Positions 30,399 through 40,267 of a stretch of 64,000 bases of DNA are shown in pieces; within the stretch, counting starts at the first letter, position 1; every line of letters begins with the position of its first letter. This DNA is from Bythopirellula sp. (lineage in GTDB: Bacteria > Planctomycetota > Planctomycetia > Pirellulales > Lacipirellulaceae). Position numbers and translations under genes: made by a program. A model generated the notes under the pieces. That model saw only the letters and a list, made by a program, of their open reading frames with translations. It did not search any database and had not been told where the DNA came from. Location: contig OZ244170.1 in NCBI GenBank assembly GCA_965216565.1, positions 1,888,001-1,952,000 of the forward strand, given 5' to 3'.

Positions 30399-31202
30399 AT
30401 GACTCAACCCCTAACCGTCCCGCCCGGGACGAAAATCAAGTTGGCCGACTTCGACCCGCGTGAAGTCACTGGCGACTGGACTAAGAAATCGGCTACCAAG
30501 CAGATTGCACGCAATACCGAGGCGACGCGTGACTTGGCCTATCGGTTGTATGCCGAGAATCGCCGTGCTGTGCTGCTCGTTCTGCAAGGCATGGACACCG
30601 CTGGCAAGGATGGCACCATCCGCACCGTGATGACCGGCGTCAATCCGCAAAGCTGCCAGGTGGTACCGTTCAAGCAACCCAGTGTCGAAGAACTCGACCA
30701 CGGCTTTCTCTGGCGAATCCACAAAGCCGTCCCCCGCCGGGGCAACATCGGCATCTTTAACCGTTCGCACTACGAAGACGTGCTCGTAGTTCGCGTGCAC
30801 AACCTCGTCCCCGAATCGGAATGGCAGACCAGATACGACCGCATCAACGATTTCGAGCAGATTTTAGTCGATAGCGGCGTGGTCATCGTGAAGTGCTTTC
30901 TTCACATCAGCAAAGAAGAGCAGAGAGAACGTTTGCAGGCGCGACTCGATAACCCCAACAAACGATGGAAATTCAGCAAGGGTGACATCGCCGAACGCAA
31001 ACTGTGGGACGATTATCAACGGGCCTACGAAGCCGCCCTCAACCGTTGCAACACCGACCACGCCCCCTGGCACATAGTGCCCTCGGACCGCAAGTGGTAT
31101 CGCAACATGACCGTCAGCAACATCCTCCGCGAACAGCTCACCGAGCTAGATCCTCAATTTCCGGCAAGTGAGGAAGGGCTTGATGCACTAACTGTTGTGT
31201 GA
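30399..31202 (+). CDS. ppk2: Polyphosphate kinase 2 family (class III-like)
   Basis: LQGMDTAGKDG, FKQPS, FNRSHYEDVL, WHIVPSDRKWYRN. Confidence 0.93.
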   Translation: MTQPLTVPPGTKIKLADFDPREVTGDWTKKSATKQIARNTEATRDLAYRLYAENRRAVLLVLQGMDTAGKDGTIRTVMTGVNPQSCQVVPFKQPSVEELDHGFLWRIHKAVPRRGNIGIFNRSHYEDVLVVRVHNLVPESEWQTRYDRINDFEQILVDSGVVIVKCFLHISKEEQRERLQARLDNPNKRWKFSKGDIAERKLWDDYQRAYEAALNRCNTDHAPWHIVPSDRKWYRNMTVSNILREQLTELDPQFPASEEGLDALTVV

Positions 31203-31224
31203 CAAAAAAATGATCACACAAGAT

Positions 31225-32325
31225 CTAGTTTTGAGCCGGATCGCCCGGCGGAGCAGTGTTCAGATGGCGTCGCAAATAGCTGGCGCGCTCGATATTGCGG
31301 TCCGAGGTATCTAGCTCCACGCCAGACATCTTCTGCAGATGGGCCGGTTGGGTGTGGATGAAGAGCTTGTTGACCGTGGGAATCTCCAATTCGCCGATGA
31401 GTCCCAGATTGATCCCCATCCGCACGCTAGACAGCAAGTGCATGGTTTCTTCGGAGCTAATCGTCTGTGCCGTCCGCAGAATGCCGAAAGCCCGACTAAC
31501 ACGGTCATGGAGCGTCTCGTGACTCTCGCGAATCAGAAACTCGCGTGCCTGACGTTCGTAGTCGATCAACATCGGCACGACGTCGCCGACCTTTTTGGTG
31601 AGTTCTTCCTCGGTCAGTCCTAGCGTGATTTGGTTACTGATCTGGTAGAAATCGCCCGTCGCCTGCGAGCCTTCGCCATACAGGCCCCGGACAGCCAAGT
31701 TGATCTTCTGCAGACTGCGAAATACCTTCTCAATCTGACGGGTAATCACCAAGGCCGGCAAATGGAGCATCACGCTCACCCGCACCCCGGTCCCCAGGTT
31801 CGTAGGACATGCCGTGAGGTAACCCAACTGCTCGCTATAGGCATAGGTTACGCGGTCTTCAATCAAGTCGTCTAACTCATTAATTTGCTGCCAGGCGGTC
31901 TGCAGATTCAGCCCGCTTTGCATGACCTGGATCCGCAAATGATCCTCTTCGTTGATCATCACGCTATAGCGTTCCGACTGATCGATCACCACGGCCCGAG
32001 CACCATCGCTTTCGGCCAATTCACGGCTGATGAGCTGGCGTTCGACTAGAAACTGCCGGTCAACATCAGGCAATTTGCCTACATTGACGTACAACGATTC
32101 ACCGGAGACTTTGTCCGTAGATTGCAGCTCTTCGATGCGGCCATGAATGATCTTTTCGATCTCGGCCCGATCACTCTCGGTCGTCCGCGAGATAAACGGA
32201 AAATCGGCAAGATTACGGGCTAAGCGAATACGGCTGCTGATGACGATGTCGGACTCTGGTCCCGAGCCCTTCAGCCACTCGCCGCTAGTATTGGCTAGAT
32301 CGTCAAGATGCATGTGAAAGTCCAA
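31225..32325 (-). CDS. mcsB: Protein-arginine kinase
   Basis: SSRIRLARNL, MINEEDHLR, YLTACPTNLGTG, RGLYGEGS, QISNQITLG. Confidence 0.95.
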   Translation of the reverse strand: MDFHMHLDDLANTSGEWLKGSGPESDIVISSRIRLARNLADFPFISRTTESDRAEIEKIIHGRIEELQSTDKVSGESLYVNVGKLPDVDRQFLVERQLISRELAESDGARAVVIDQSERYSVMINEEDHLRIQVMQSGLNLQTAWQQINELDDLIEDRVTYAYSEQLGYLTACPTNLGTGVRVSVMLHLPALVITRQIEKVFRSLQKINLAVRGLYGEGSQATGDFYQISNQITLGLTEEELTKKVGDVVPMLIDYERQAREFLIRESHETLHDRVSRAFGILRTAQTISSEETMHLLSSVRMGINLGLIGELEIPTVNKLFIHTQPAHLQKMSGVELDTSDRNIERASYLRRHLNTAPPGDPAQN

Positions 32326-32328
32326 GCT

Positions 32329-32889
32329 TCAAGATTCCGTTGTCTCATCGGATGGTCCAGCAGAATCATCCGATTCTACATGACTGCCTGCCTCAATCTC
32401 GCGAATCTGATCTCGCAACTCGGAGGCTTTTTCGTAATTCTCCGAAGCAACTGCCTCTTTCATTTCGCGTCGCAATCGGATGAGCTGCGTTTGCTGATCG
32501 GCTCCTTGCGGACAACGCCGCGGGACTTTACCGATATGTCGCGTTTCGTCGTGGATGTTCATCAGGAGCGGTTCAAGTTGTTCCTGAAAAAACTGATAGT
32601 CGTGCGCACACCCCAATCGCCCCAGCTTTCGGAACTCCAAATATGTGATTCCACACACCGGACAGGCGCGCTGGTCGAGCCTGGCAAGTTGGTCAGCTGT
32701 TTCGCCAACCGCTAAGTGTTGAGCCAACAAGCCAGCCATGGCGGGAAGCACCTCGGCCGTCTCTTCTTGGCTCGGCGTGAGGAACGACTGAGCGCACTCC
32801 TCACACAGATGCAGCTCGTTGGGCTTGCCGTCGATAAGGTCAGTGATATGAAAGGTCGCCTGCCGATCGCATTTTTGGCATTTCATCAT
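32329..32889 (-). CDS. mcsA: McsA activator (CxxC motifs + UVR domain)
   Basis: CQKC, LCEECA, CPVCG, GRLGC, ENYEKASELRDQI. Confidence 0.93.
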   Translation of the reverse strand: MMKCQKCDRQATFHITDLIDGKPNELHLCEECAQSFLTPSQEETAEVLPAMAGLLAQHLAVGETADQLARLDQRACPVCGITYLEFRKLGRLGCAHDYQFFQEQLEPLLMNIHDETRHIGKVPRRCPQGADQQTQLIRLRREMKEAVASENYEKASELRDQIREIEAGSHVESDDSAGPSDETTES

Positions 32890-33155
32890 GTCACCTGAGC
32901 AAGCGGTTGTTGAAGCGCAGAATGAACATCAATCCTGCACAATGTGTCACTTCGACGAGTACGAAATGGCTACGGGGATTCTAACTAGGGTCACCCGGGT
33001 GTCAAGGCGGACGCAGCACGCGCTAACCACTTGCCAGAAAACAAGATGCCACCTGCAGGGTGGGCCCGCAAACGAGCGTTGTGAAGGGCATAGCTCGCTG
33101 CTAAGCTGGCAACTTGTTGCGACCTAGCACAACTTCCACCAATTTGCAGATAAGC

Positions 33156-34700
33156 ATGGCCGTAGCCCCCAGTATCGATCGATTCTCGAAATTGGCCCAA
33201 GATGCTGACTTCGTACCCGTTTATAGACGGCTGGTGAGCGACGCTCTGACTCCTGTACAAGCCTTCAAGCGTATCGACCACTCTCAGGCGGCTTGTCTGT
33301 TCGAAAGCGTCATCGGCGGCGAGAAAGTAGGTCGCTACAGCTTTCTCGCCAGCGATCCCTTCCTAACGATCGAAGCCCGCGGTAATCAAGTTACTGTCTC
33401 CCGAGTCAGCGATCAGCCTGAAAAAACGGCAACTGATGGAAACATCGAATGGGACATCAAAGAGATTCGCTCAGAAAATCCTTTAGAAGTGCTCCGCGAT
33501 AGTGTCCAAGAGATGAAGGTTGCTGACGTCGAAGAATTGCCACCGTTTATCGGTGGAGCAATTGGCTATGCAGGATACGATACCGTGCGCTATGTCGAAC
33601 GGTTGCCCGATGCCCCAGAAGACGATCGCAAACTACCCGATCTGTGGTTCGCCCTCTACGACCATATGATTGTCTTCGATCACGTACAGAAAACCGTCAT
33701 TGTGCTTACGTTGGCCGACGTCCACGACAAGTCGGAAAAAGCATTGAGCCAGTCTTTCAGCGAAGCCACTGCCCGGGTCAATGCAATTGTCGATCAGCTC
33801 GATCAACCTTCGGGAGACTTACGGCTAGCCGATGTAGACATCAGTGGCGATCTCTCTCTCAATTACGATTCCAACCTTTCGCAAAACCAGTTTGAAGCAT
33901 CTGTCCGAAAGTGTGTGGAATATATCCGCGCTGGCGACATCTTTCAGGTCGTGATCAGCCAGCGCCTGGAAACTGAATTACAGGTCCCACCTTTTGAGCT
34001 CTACCGCACCCTGCGGGTTGTGAACCCCAGCCCCTTTATGTTCTATCTCCGCACACCAGAGACCACGTTGGTGGGTAGTTCGCCAGAAGTGATGGTCCGC
34101 GTGATCGATCGGACAGTCACCGTCCGTCCCTTGGCGGGGACGCGTCCGCGTGGAGAAACTGAGGCCGAAGACGAACAACTTGCCGAAGAATTGTTGGATG
34201 ATCCCAAAGAACGTGCTGAGCACGTGATGCTGGTCGATCTGGGTCGCAATGATGTTGGCCGCGTGGCGGAGTATGGAACAGTAGAGATCTCCGACGTGAT
34301 GGTGATCGAACGCTACAGCCACGTGATGCATATCACTTCGAACGTCAACGGCGAACTGCGCGAGGGCTGCGATTCCTTCGATGCACTGGCTGCCTGCTTA
34401 CCGGCAGGCACGGTTTCGGGCGCTCCCAAGGTCCGTGCGATGGAGATCATCGACGAACTGGAACCAAACCGTCGGGGCCCATACGCGGGAGCGGTCGGCT
34501 ACATCGACTTCGCCGGCAATATGGAGACTTGTATTGCCCTGAGGACGGTCGTAGTCCAGGACGGCACCGCCTATGTTCAGGCAGGAGCGGGCATTGTGGC
34601 CGACAGCGTGCCGGAAACGGAGTATCAGGAAACCCTCAACAAAGCACGTGGGCTGCTTAAGAGCATTGAAATCACGCAAAAGCGGATTGCGGGGAGCTAG
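33156..34700 (+). CDS. trpE: Anthranilate synthase component I
   Basis: LFESV.GGEKVGRYSF, GDIFQVV, NPSPFM, KERAEHVMLVDLGRND, GTVSGAPK. Confidence 0.95.
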   Translation: MAVAPSIDRFSKLAQDADFVPVYRRLVSDALTPVQAFKRIDHSQAACLFESVIGGEKVGRYSFLASDPFLTIEARGNQVTVSRVSDQPEKTATDGNIEWDIKEIRSENPLEVLRDSVQEMKVADVEELPPFIGGAIGYAGYDTVRYVERLPDAPEDDRKLPDLWFALYDHMIVFDHVQKTVIVLTLADVHDKSEKALSQSFSEATARVNAIVDQLDQPSGDLRLADVDISGDLSLNYDSNLSQNQFEASVRKCVEYIRAGDIFQVVISQRLETELQVPPFELYRTLRVVNPSPFMFYLRTPETTLVGSSPEVMVRVIDRTVTVRPLAGTRPRGETEAEDEQLAEELLDDPKERAEHVMLVDLGRNDVGRVAEYGTVEISDVMVIERYSHVMHITSNVNGELREGCDSFDALAACLPAGTVSGAPKVRAMEIIDELEPNRRGPYAGAVGYIDFAGNMETCIALRTVVVQDGTAYVQAGAGIVADSVPETEYQETLNKARGLLKSIEITQKRIAGS

Positions 34701-34772
34701 CGGACTGGTGAAAATCGAACGTCGCTCAGGCACTTCATTCATTCCCAGCCCCCGAGTTCGCATTTCAGAAAC

Positions 34773-35324
34773 ATGAGCTCACTTGCCGGAAAACTTCTCG
34801 TTGCTTCCCCTCAATTGCAGGACCCCAATTTTGCGCAGACTGTCGTGTTGATGATTCAACACGAAGAGCAGGGGGCGCTGGGAGTCGTGCTGAATCGTCC
34901 CGGAGAAAAAACGGTTGACGAGGTCTGGGAAATTGTTGGCAAAGATCCCTTCGGCTGCGGCAAGCTGGTTCATGTGGGAGGCCCTGTCCCAGGCCCCCTG
35001 CTGGCCCTGCACACGGAAGAAGAACTTTCCGATCAGCAAGTTTTTCCTGGGTTGTACGTCACTGCGCAGGCATCTGCTTTCGACGAACTCTTGCAGCAGC
35101 CGGAAGATTCATTTCGTATTTACAGCGGCCACGCTGGCTGGGGTGCGGGGCAGTTAGAAGGCGAATTGAAAATCAGCGGCTGGCTCACCTCCGACGCTTC
35201 CGTTGAAGACGTATTTTCCGATGACGAAACCTTGTGGCGACAGGTCACCAGCCGAATTGGCATTAGCATTCTGGCACCGGGGCTGCGGAAAGACCAAATT
35301 CCTGACGATCCATCTCTGAATTAG
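34773..35324 (+). CDS. YqgE/AlgH (DUF179) family protein
   Basis: LLVASP.L.DPNF..TVV, GGPV, GHAGWGAGQLEGE. Confidence 0.92.
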   Translation: MSSLAGKLLVASPQLQDPNFAQTVVLMIQHEEQGALGVVLNRPGEKTVDEVWEIVGKDPFGCGKLVHVGGPVPGPLLALHTEEELSDQQVFPGLYVTAQASAFDELLQQPEDSFRIYSGHAGWGAGQLEGELKISGWLTSDASVEDVFSDDETLWRQVTSRIGISILAPGLRKDQIPDDPSLN

Positions 35325-35370
35325 CTGGGGTCCTCTGGGCTCTTTTTTTCATCCACCGCTCAGCGCGTTC

Positions 35371-36150
35371 CTACCGCAACTGGCTTGTCTTTTGGGCGAA
35401 AAACACCTTGCGGTGATTTGTGGCGAGCGGCTTGTCCGAGAGCACCGGTGGAAACAAGACATGCTCTTCTACCAGCTCCGGCGGAAAGCTATTTGCCTCG
35501 ACAACGGTAACTGTAAATCCCTGGTCTTTGACAATCTTGGCAAAGTCCTCGCCGTAGATTCGTAAATGATCTACCTGACCAAACGCTGCCTCTCTCCCCG
35601 CGGGTGAAGTAATCGTTGGGTCCTCACGCTTGGTGGGCATGCCGTCGACCTGCGGGACGGTGAGAATCGCCCAACCGCCATCCGCCAACACGCGATGCAA
35701 TTCCTGCAAGGCCACCGCGTCGTCGGGAACGTGCTCCAGGACATCGCAAGCAATTACTAAGTCGAAAGACGCGTCGGAAATTGTGTGCATGTTGCACATG
35801 TCTAACTGCAGATCCAGGGAACGCTTCTTTACGAAGTCGGCCGTCACATAATGGGCGGCTCTCCTACGCAGATGCCGAGGAAAGAACCGCTCTGGCGCAA
35901 AATGAAGGACTCGCTTTCCGGCAACGAGTTGTTCAAAACCGAGCTGAGCGTGCGTACCTAATGTAGCAAAGAGCAACCGATGTCGAACCTGCGAACCGCA
36001 TCGGGCACAAATTGTATGCGGGTGCCAAGAATCGCTAAGAAACGACCGCCCCCGCCACCCGCAGACGTTGCAGCTCACCCGGATGGGAAATTTGTGCGCG
36101 ATTAGCCGCAGTGTTCGATCGACTTCTCGCAAGACATTCTTCAACAGCAT
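35371..36150 (-). CDS. Class I SAM-dependent methyltransferase
   Basis: CNVC/CARC, VLHFAPE, DVLEHVPDD, FGQVDHLRIYG. Confidence 0.85.
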   Translation of the reverse strand: MLLKNVLREVDRTLRLIAHKFPIRVSCNVCGWRGRSFLSDSWHPHTICARCGSQVRHRLLFATLGTHAQLGFEQLVAGKRVLHFAPERFFPRHLRRRAAHYVTADFVKKRSLDLQLDMCNMHTISDASFDLVIACDVLEHVPDDAVALQELHRVLADGGWAILTVPQVDGMPTKREDPTITSPAGREAAFGQVDHLRIYGEDFAKIVKDQGFTVTVVEANSFPPELVEEHVLFPPVLSDKPLATNHRKVFFAQKTSQLR

Positions 36151-36196
36151 TTCGGTGAAACTCCAAGAAGCAACTCAACAGGAATACAGAAAGCAA

Positions 36197-37126
36197 CTAT
36201 TCCTTGGATTCAGCAGAAATGTCGGGGATGACGAACAACATGTAGGAGCGAAATGGCTCTTGAAGAGTCTCGGGAAACGTCTTCGTGATGACCTGCGGAA
36301 AATCGATGTACTGCTTGGCTGATTTCATGTTAAGCAAAATCGCCTGACCATTTGGCTTGAGAAGTTGTGGGAGCATCGCCAGGAATTTCTTTAGAATCGT
36401 TCCATCATCCCCGTCGTGAAAATTTTCGCCCCGAAACTCATTGTGGTCCGTGTCTTCCTGGATGAATGGCATGTTCCACAGGACAAAATCGAAGTCCTTG
36501 AAGTCCTCCGGCAATTCGACCGTTTGAATATCGCCTACGACGGCTTTGATCTGGAAATTGGCCAGCCGAGCTGTTGTCTTGGCGTTAATCACCGCGAGAG
36601 GGTTGATCTCCACGACATAAACTAGGCTCTGTGACTTCAGCGATGCCATCCAGGCATCCGCCCCCGATCCCGTGCCGATGACCAAAACCTTATCGCCGGG
36701 CTGGATATCGCTGGCCAGTATCTCGTCGTAATAGAGTTCGTCTTCTTGCTGCGGTTTATAGACGCTAGGAAAAATTGGGATCGTGATTTCGCTCTTCAGG
36801 TCACGCGTTCTATCAATATATTCTCCCAGATCCTCGTAGCTGCCCACGTCTCCTGTTGACCAACCACCGTCATCGACTCGAAGAAACACCCAATTGCAAT
36901 CCTCAAAGAGTTCCCGAGGAGGCCAGGGAGTTGGCTTTGCGGGAACCTTTTCAGACTTCAAAATCTCGGCGAATACTTCGTCGCCCGGGGGCACTTGGCT
37001 TGGCAGAGTCCAATTATCAGCCAGGTACTCACGACCAATTAGCGAGAGTGTCAACAGACTAACCCCCAAAACGGCTCCGACCGCTAAGGTAGCTAGAGTT
37101 CTTACTGTGAGGCTTGGCTCGGACAT
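36197..37126 (-). CDS. Membrane-anchored class I methyltransferase (HemK-like fold)
   Basis: N-terminal TM; VLVIGTGSG, VEINP.A, FDFVLWNMPF. Confidence 0.78.
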   Translation of the reverse strand: MSEPSLTVRTLATLAVGAVLGVSLLTLSLIGREYLADNWTLPSQVPPGDEVFAEILKSEKVPAKPTPWPPRELFEDCNWVFLRVDDGGWSTGDVGSYEDLGEYIDRTRDLKSEITIPIFPSVYKPQQEDELYYDEILASDIQPGDKVLVIGTGSGADAWMASLKSQSLVYVVEINPLAVINAKTTARLANFQIKAVVGDIQTVELPEDFKDFDFVLWNMPFIQEDTDHNEFRGENFHDGDDGTILKKFLAMLPQLLKPNGQAILLNMKSAKQYIDFPQVITKTFPETLQEPFRSYMLFVIPDISAESKE

Positions 37127-37278
37127 CGATCTATTTTTCTAATTGAACAATTTGAGAAAAGTGGAAGGAGCAAACAGCTGATAGCGGGTTTGCCAATAGT
37201 CTTTCTGGCAGAACTGTGCGACGCGATAATCCTGAGTCAGGTCTGCGGGCAAGAGATAATTATAACTCAGACTCCGGG

Positions 37279-38205
37279 CTACGTTTGCAATTTACCGGCA
37301 GGGGTTTCGGCCCTCAGCTCCGCGAGCATCTCCAAGGTTGCCGCTTCGACCGCGCCTTGCCAATTCTTTTCCCCGAAGCGGTCTTTGTACTCGTCCCGTC
37401 GATGGGCAAAGATTATTCCCCGAGAATTGTTGACGATGGCACCTAAGCCGCGTCCGTCGAATCCTCCCGCCACGTCTTGGGCGGTTCCTCCCTGGCTTCC
37501 GAATCCGGGAACGAGGAACCACGACTGGGGCATAGCTCGCCGCAATTCCACCAACTGTTCGGGGTAAGTCGCTCCCACCACACTTCCCACCACTCCATAG
37601 CCGCACTGGCCGATGGTGGCTTCGCACTGTTGCTGGACGAAACTGGCCACTTGTCTGTAGAGCGGTTCGCTATCGACTACCTGGTCCTGCAACATGCCAC
37701 TGCCCGGGTTGGAAGTCTTCACTAGCACAAACAACCCCGCATCTCGCTGCGTTGCTACATCGACAAAAGGCTCGAGAGAATCGGCCCCAAGATAGGGGCT
37801 AATGGTCAGTGCATCGGCCTGCCAGGGGCTCGCCGAATCGCGCCCCAGGTAACCTCGGGCATAAGCCGCTGCTGTAGATCCGATATCATTCCGCTTGCCG
37901 TCCAGAATTACTAAGAGGCCCTGCTGACGGGCATAGTCCATCACTTCCTTGAGCACCGTCATCCCAGCCGGACCACATTCTTCAAAGAAGGCCGCCTGCG
38001 GCTTTACGGCGGGCACCAATGATGCCACTACGTCGATCACCTGCTTGCAGAACGACTCATAGGCGGTCGCCCGCTGCGTTGGGTTGGGGGAACTTTCGTT
38101 CTGCAGAGCCGCGGGCAATTGTTCCCAACGAGGATCAAGCCCTACGACAACCGGGGCAGCCTTACTTTTGACCGCTGTAGCTAATTCATCAAAAAAATGT
38201 GACAA
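37279..38205 (-). CDS. pyrF: Orotidine-5'-phosphate decarboxylase
   Basis: VVGLDP, KPQAAFFE, DGKRNDIGST, KTSNPGS, VPGFGSQGG. Confidence 0.95.
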   Translation of the reverse strand: MSHFFDELATAVKSKAAPVVVGLDPRWEQLPAALQNESSPNPTQRATAYESFCKQVIDVVASLVPAVKPQAAFFEECGPAGMTVLKEVMDYARQQGLLVILDGKRNDIGSTAAAYARGYLGRDSASPWQADALTISPYLGADSLEPFVDVATQRDAGLFVLVKTSNPGSGMLQDQVVDSEPLYRQVASFVQQQCEATIGQCGYGVVGSVVGATYPEQLVELRRAMPQSWFLVPGFGSQGGTAQDVAGGFDGRGLGAIVNNSRGIIFAHRRDEYKDRFGEKNWQGAVEAATLEMLAELRAETPAGKLQT

Positions 38206-38426
38206 CTGGAATTCTCCAAGAACGACCTACGAAGTAGCAATTCTCATTCGACAAAAGTCTACATCGTTTTGAATAAGTTTATTAGGCCTACACCGTTGGA
38301 CGACGCCAAGAATTATGGCAGAATTGGAAATGCTGGGGGCAGTAAGATTTCTTCGCTTGGCCAGGAGTGCTATTCGCAATCCGGCAAGGGAACCATTGCC
38401 AATTTGGTCTATGTGGAAGGATACCG

Positions 38427-39896
38427 ATGACACGTACCGCCGCAGCATTTGTCTTGTTGACTCTCTCCGTTGTTTTCTATTCTCCTTTGGTCCTGCAGGC
38501 CGAGGGATTGCCGGAGGAGCGCAGCCAAAACTGGCATCGATTTCGTGGTCCAGATGGGACGGGCCACGCTGCCAATGCCAATCCTCCCACGAATTGGGAT
38601 AAATTAACCAACATCAAATGGGATGTTGCCATTCCTGGTCGAGGTAGTGCGTCGCCGATCGTATGGCAGAACAAGGTCTTCCTGCTTTCGGCAATCAAGA
38701 CAGACCGAACCTCGCTAGCTGCAAAAGCCCGGAAGAATTCCAACAAATCAACCATGCGATTTGCCAAGGGATCGGACCTGCCACCTCAGATCCAGTTGGT
38801 TCAGGAGACGCGGCCACCCCGAGAGGAAGGCGAGCGACGACGTCGCCGTCGAGGCGGCTTCTTCGGTTTCGGAGGTGGGGGCCCACCCACGAACGTTCAT
38901 GAGTTCGTTGTGATTTGCCTTGATCGAGAAACGGGCGAGACGCTTTGGCAACGGACCGCATGCGAAGCGATTCCCCACGAAAATCATCATGGCACAGCCA
39001 GCTTTGCCTCGGCATCTCCAGTCACAGACGGCGAGAATCTCTACGTTTCTTTCGGCTCGCGCGGGATTTATTCCTACGACATGAAAGGAAATTTACGTTG
39101 GAAGAAGGACTTGGGTGACATGAGAACCCGCAACAGTTTCGGAGAAGGCGCTTCGCCGGCACTGTTCGGTGATACCTTAGTCATCAATTGGGACCAGGAA
39201 GAACAATCATTCATCGCGGCGCTGGACACAGCAACCGGCGACATCAAATGGCAGGTAGATCGCGATGAAGCGACCTCGTGGTCTTCGCCGTTGGTCCTCG
39301 AACATAGTGGCAAGACGCAGGTTCTCGTAAACGGCAGCAATCGAGTGAGAAGTTATGACCTGGCCACGGGAGATTTGATCTGGGAATGCGGCGGGCAAGC
39401 GATGAACCCTGTCGCCACGCCACTGGTGTATAAAGATTTGGGCATCTTCATGACGGGACGTCGCGGCTTTGCCGTGCAGGCCATTCGACTTGATTCCCAA
39501 GGCGAAGTAACGGATACCGACCAGGTGACCTGGGAACTGGACGAAGGAACGCCTTACGTTCCGTCGCCCGTGCTGATTGGCGACCGACTCTACTTCACCA
39601 AAGGCCTTAACGCGATTCTCACCTGTGTGGATGCAGGCACTGGCGAGGTAATCTATAAGAACCAGCGACTGGAGGGATTAGACACGATCTACTCATCGCT
39701 AGTCGGTGCGGCAGGAAACGTCTACATCTCAGCCCGGAATGGAACGACGCTAGTCATCAAAGATGGCGCAGACTACGAAGTGCTCGCAACCAACGAATTG
39801 GGCGAAACGATCGACGCCACGCCGGCATTGGTGGACGACGAGATCTTCATCCGAACTGAACAGCGTCTGTACTGCATTGCGAACGAAAAGAAGTAG
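38427..39896 (+). CDS. PQQ-binding-like (BamB-like) beta-propeller, exported
   Basis: WHRFRGPDGTG, repeated A.D..TG...W blades, signal peptide. Confidence 0.88.
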   Translation: MTRTAAAFVLLTLSVVFYSPLVLQAEGLPEERSQNWHRFRGPDGTGHAANANPPTNWDKLTNIKWDVAIPGRGSASPIVWQNKVFLLSAIKTDRTSLAAKARKNSNKSTMRFAKGSDLPPQIQLVQETRPPREEGERRRRRRGGFFGFGGGGPPTNVHEFVVICLDRETGETLWQRTACEAIPHENHHGTASFASASPVTDGENLYVSFGSRGIYSYDMKGNLRWKKDLGDMRTRNSFGEGASPALFGDTLVINWDQEEQSFIAALDTATGDIKWQVDRDEATSWSSPLVLEHSGKTQVLVNGSNRVRSYDLATGDLIWECGGQAMNPVATPLVYKDLGIFMTGRRGFAVQAIRLDSQGEVTDTDQVTWELDEGTPYVPSPVLIGDRLYFTKGLNAILTCVDAGTGEVIYKNQRLEGLDTIYSSLVGAAGNVYISARNGTTLVIKDGADYEVLATNELGETIDATPALVDDEIFIRTEQRLYCIANEKK

Positions 39897-40130
39897 TACG
39901 TTATAGCACGTAATAATTCGTCATAGGGGTCGCGCGAGCATCGAATTGGATTGGTTGTCCATCCTTGCCAGATCCTGATCCATAATTGCTAGAATTTGCA
40001 TTCGCAGCATGAATCGCTGTTTCCAGGCTGAAACTGCCCTCCCGCACCTTCGCAGGGTCTACTAGAATCTCCGCAGTTCTCCGACTTTTGTGCTGTTGCT
40101 GATCCTAAAACCAACCTTGGAGTCTCTACG

Positions 40131-40250
40131 ATGATTACTCTCCTGGCTCACCTGGCCCTTTCCGATGTCGCTATTGCTCTACTCATTTTTGCTCTCGGAG
40201 CTGGCAGTGGCTTTGCCGCGGCAAGTTTGAGAGCTCTAAAATCAAAGTAG
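40131..40250 (+). CDS. 39-aa single-TM small protein (below ORF-track cutoff)
   Basis: GGAG SD; MITLLAHLALSDVAIALLIFALGAGSGFAAASLRALKSK; ends 17 bp before the next gene. Confidence 0.5.
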   Translation: MITLLAHLALSDVAIALLIFALGAGSGFAAASLRALKSK

Positions 40251-40267
40251 ATTGACGGCAGCAATAA

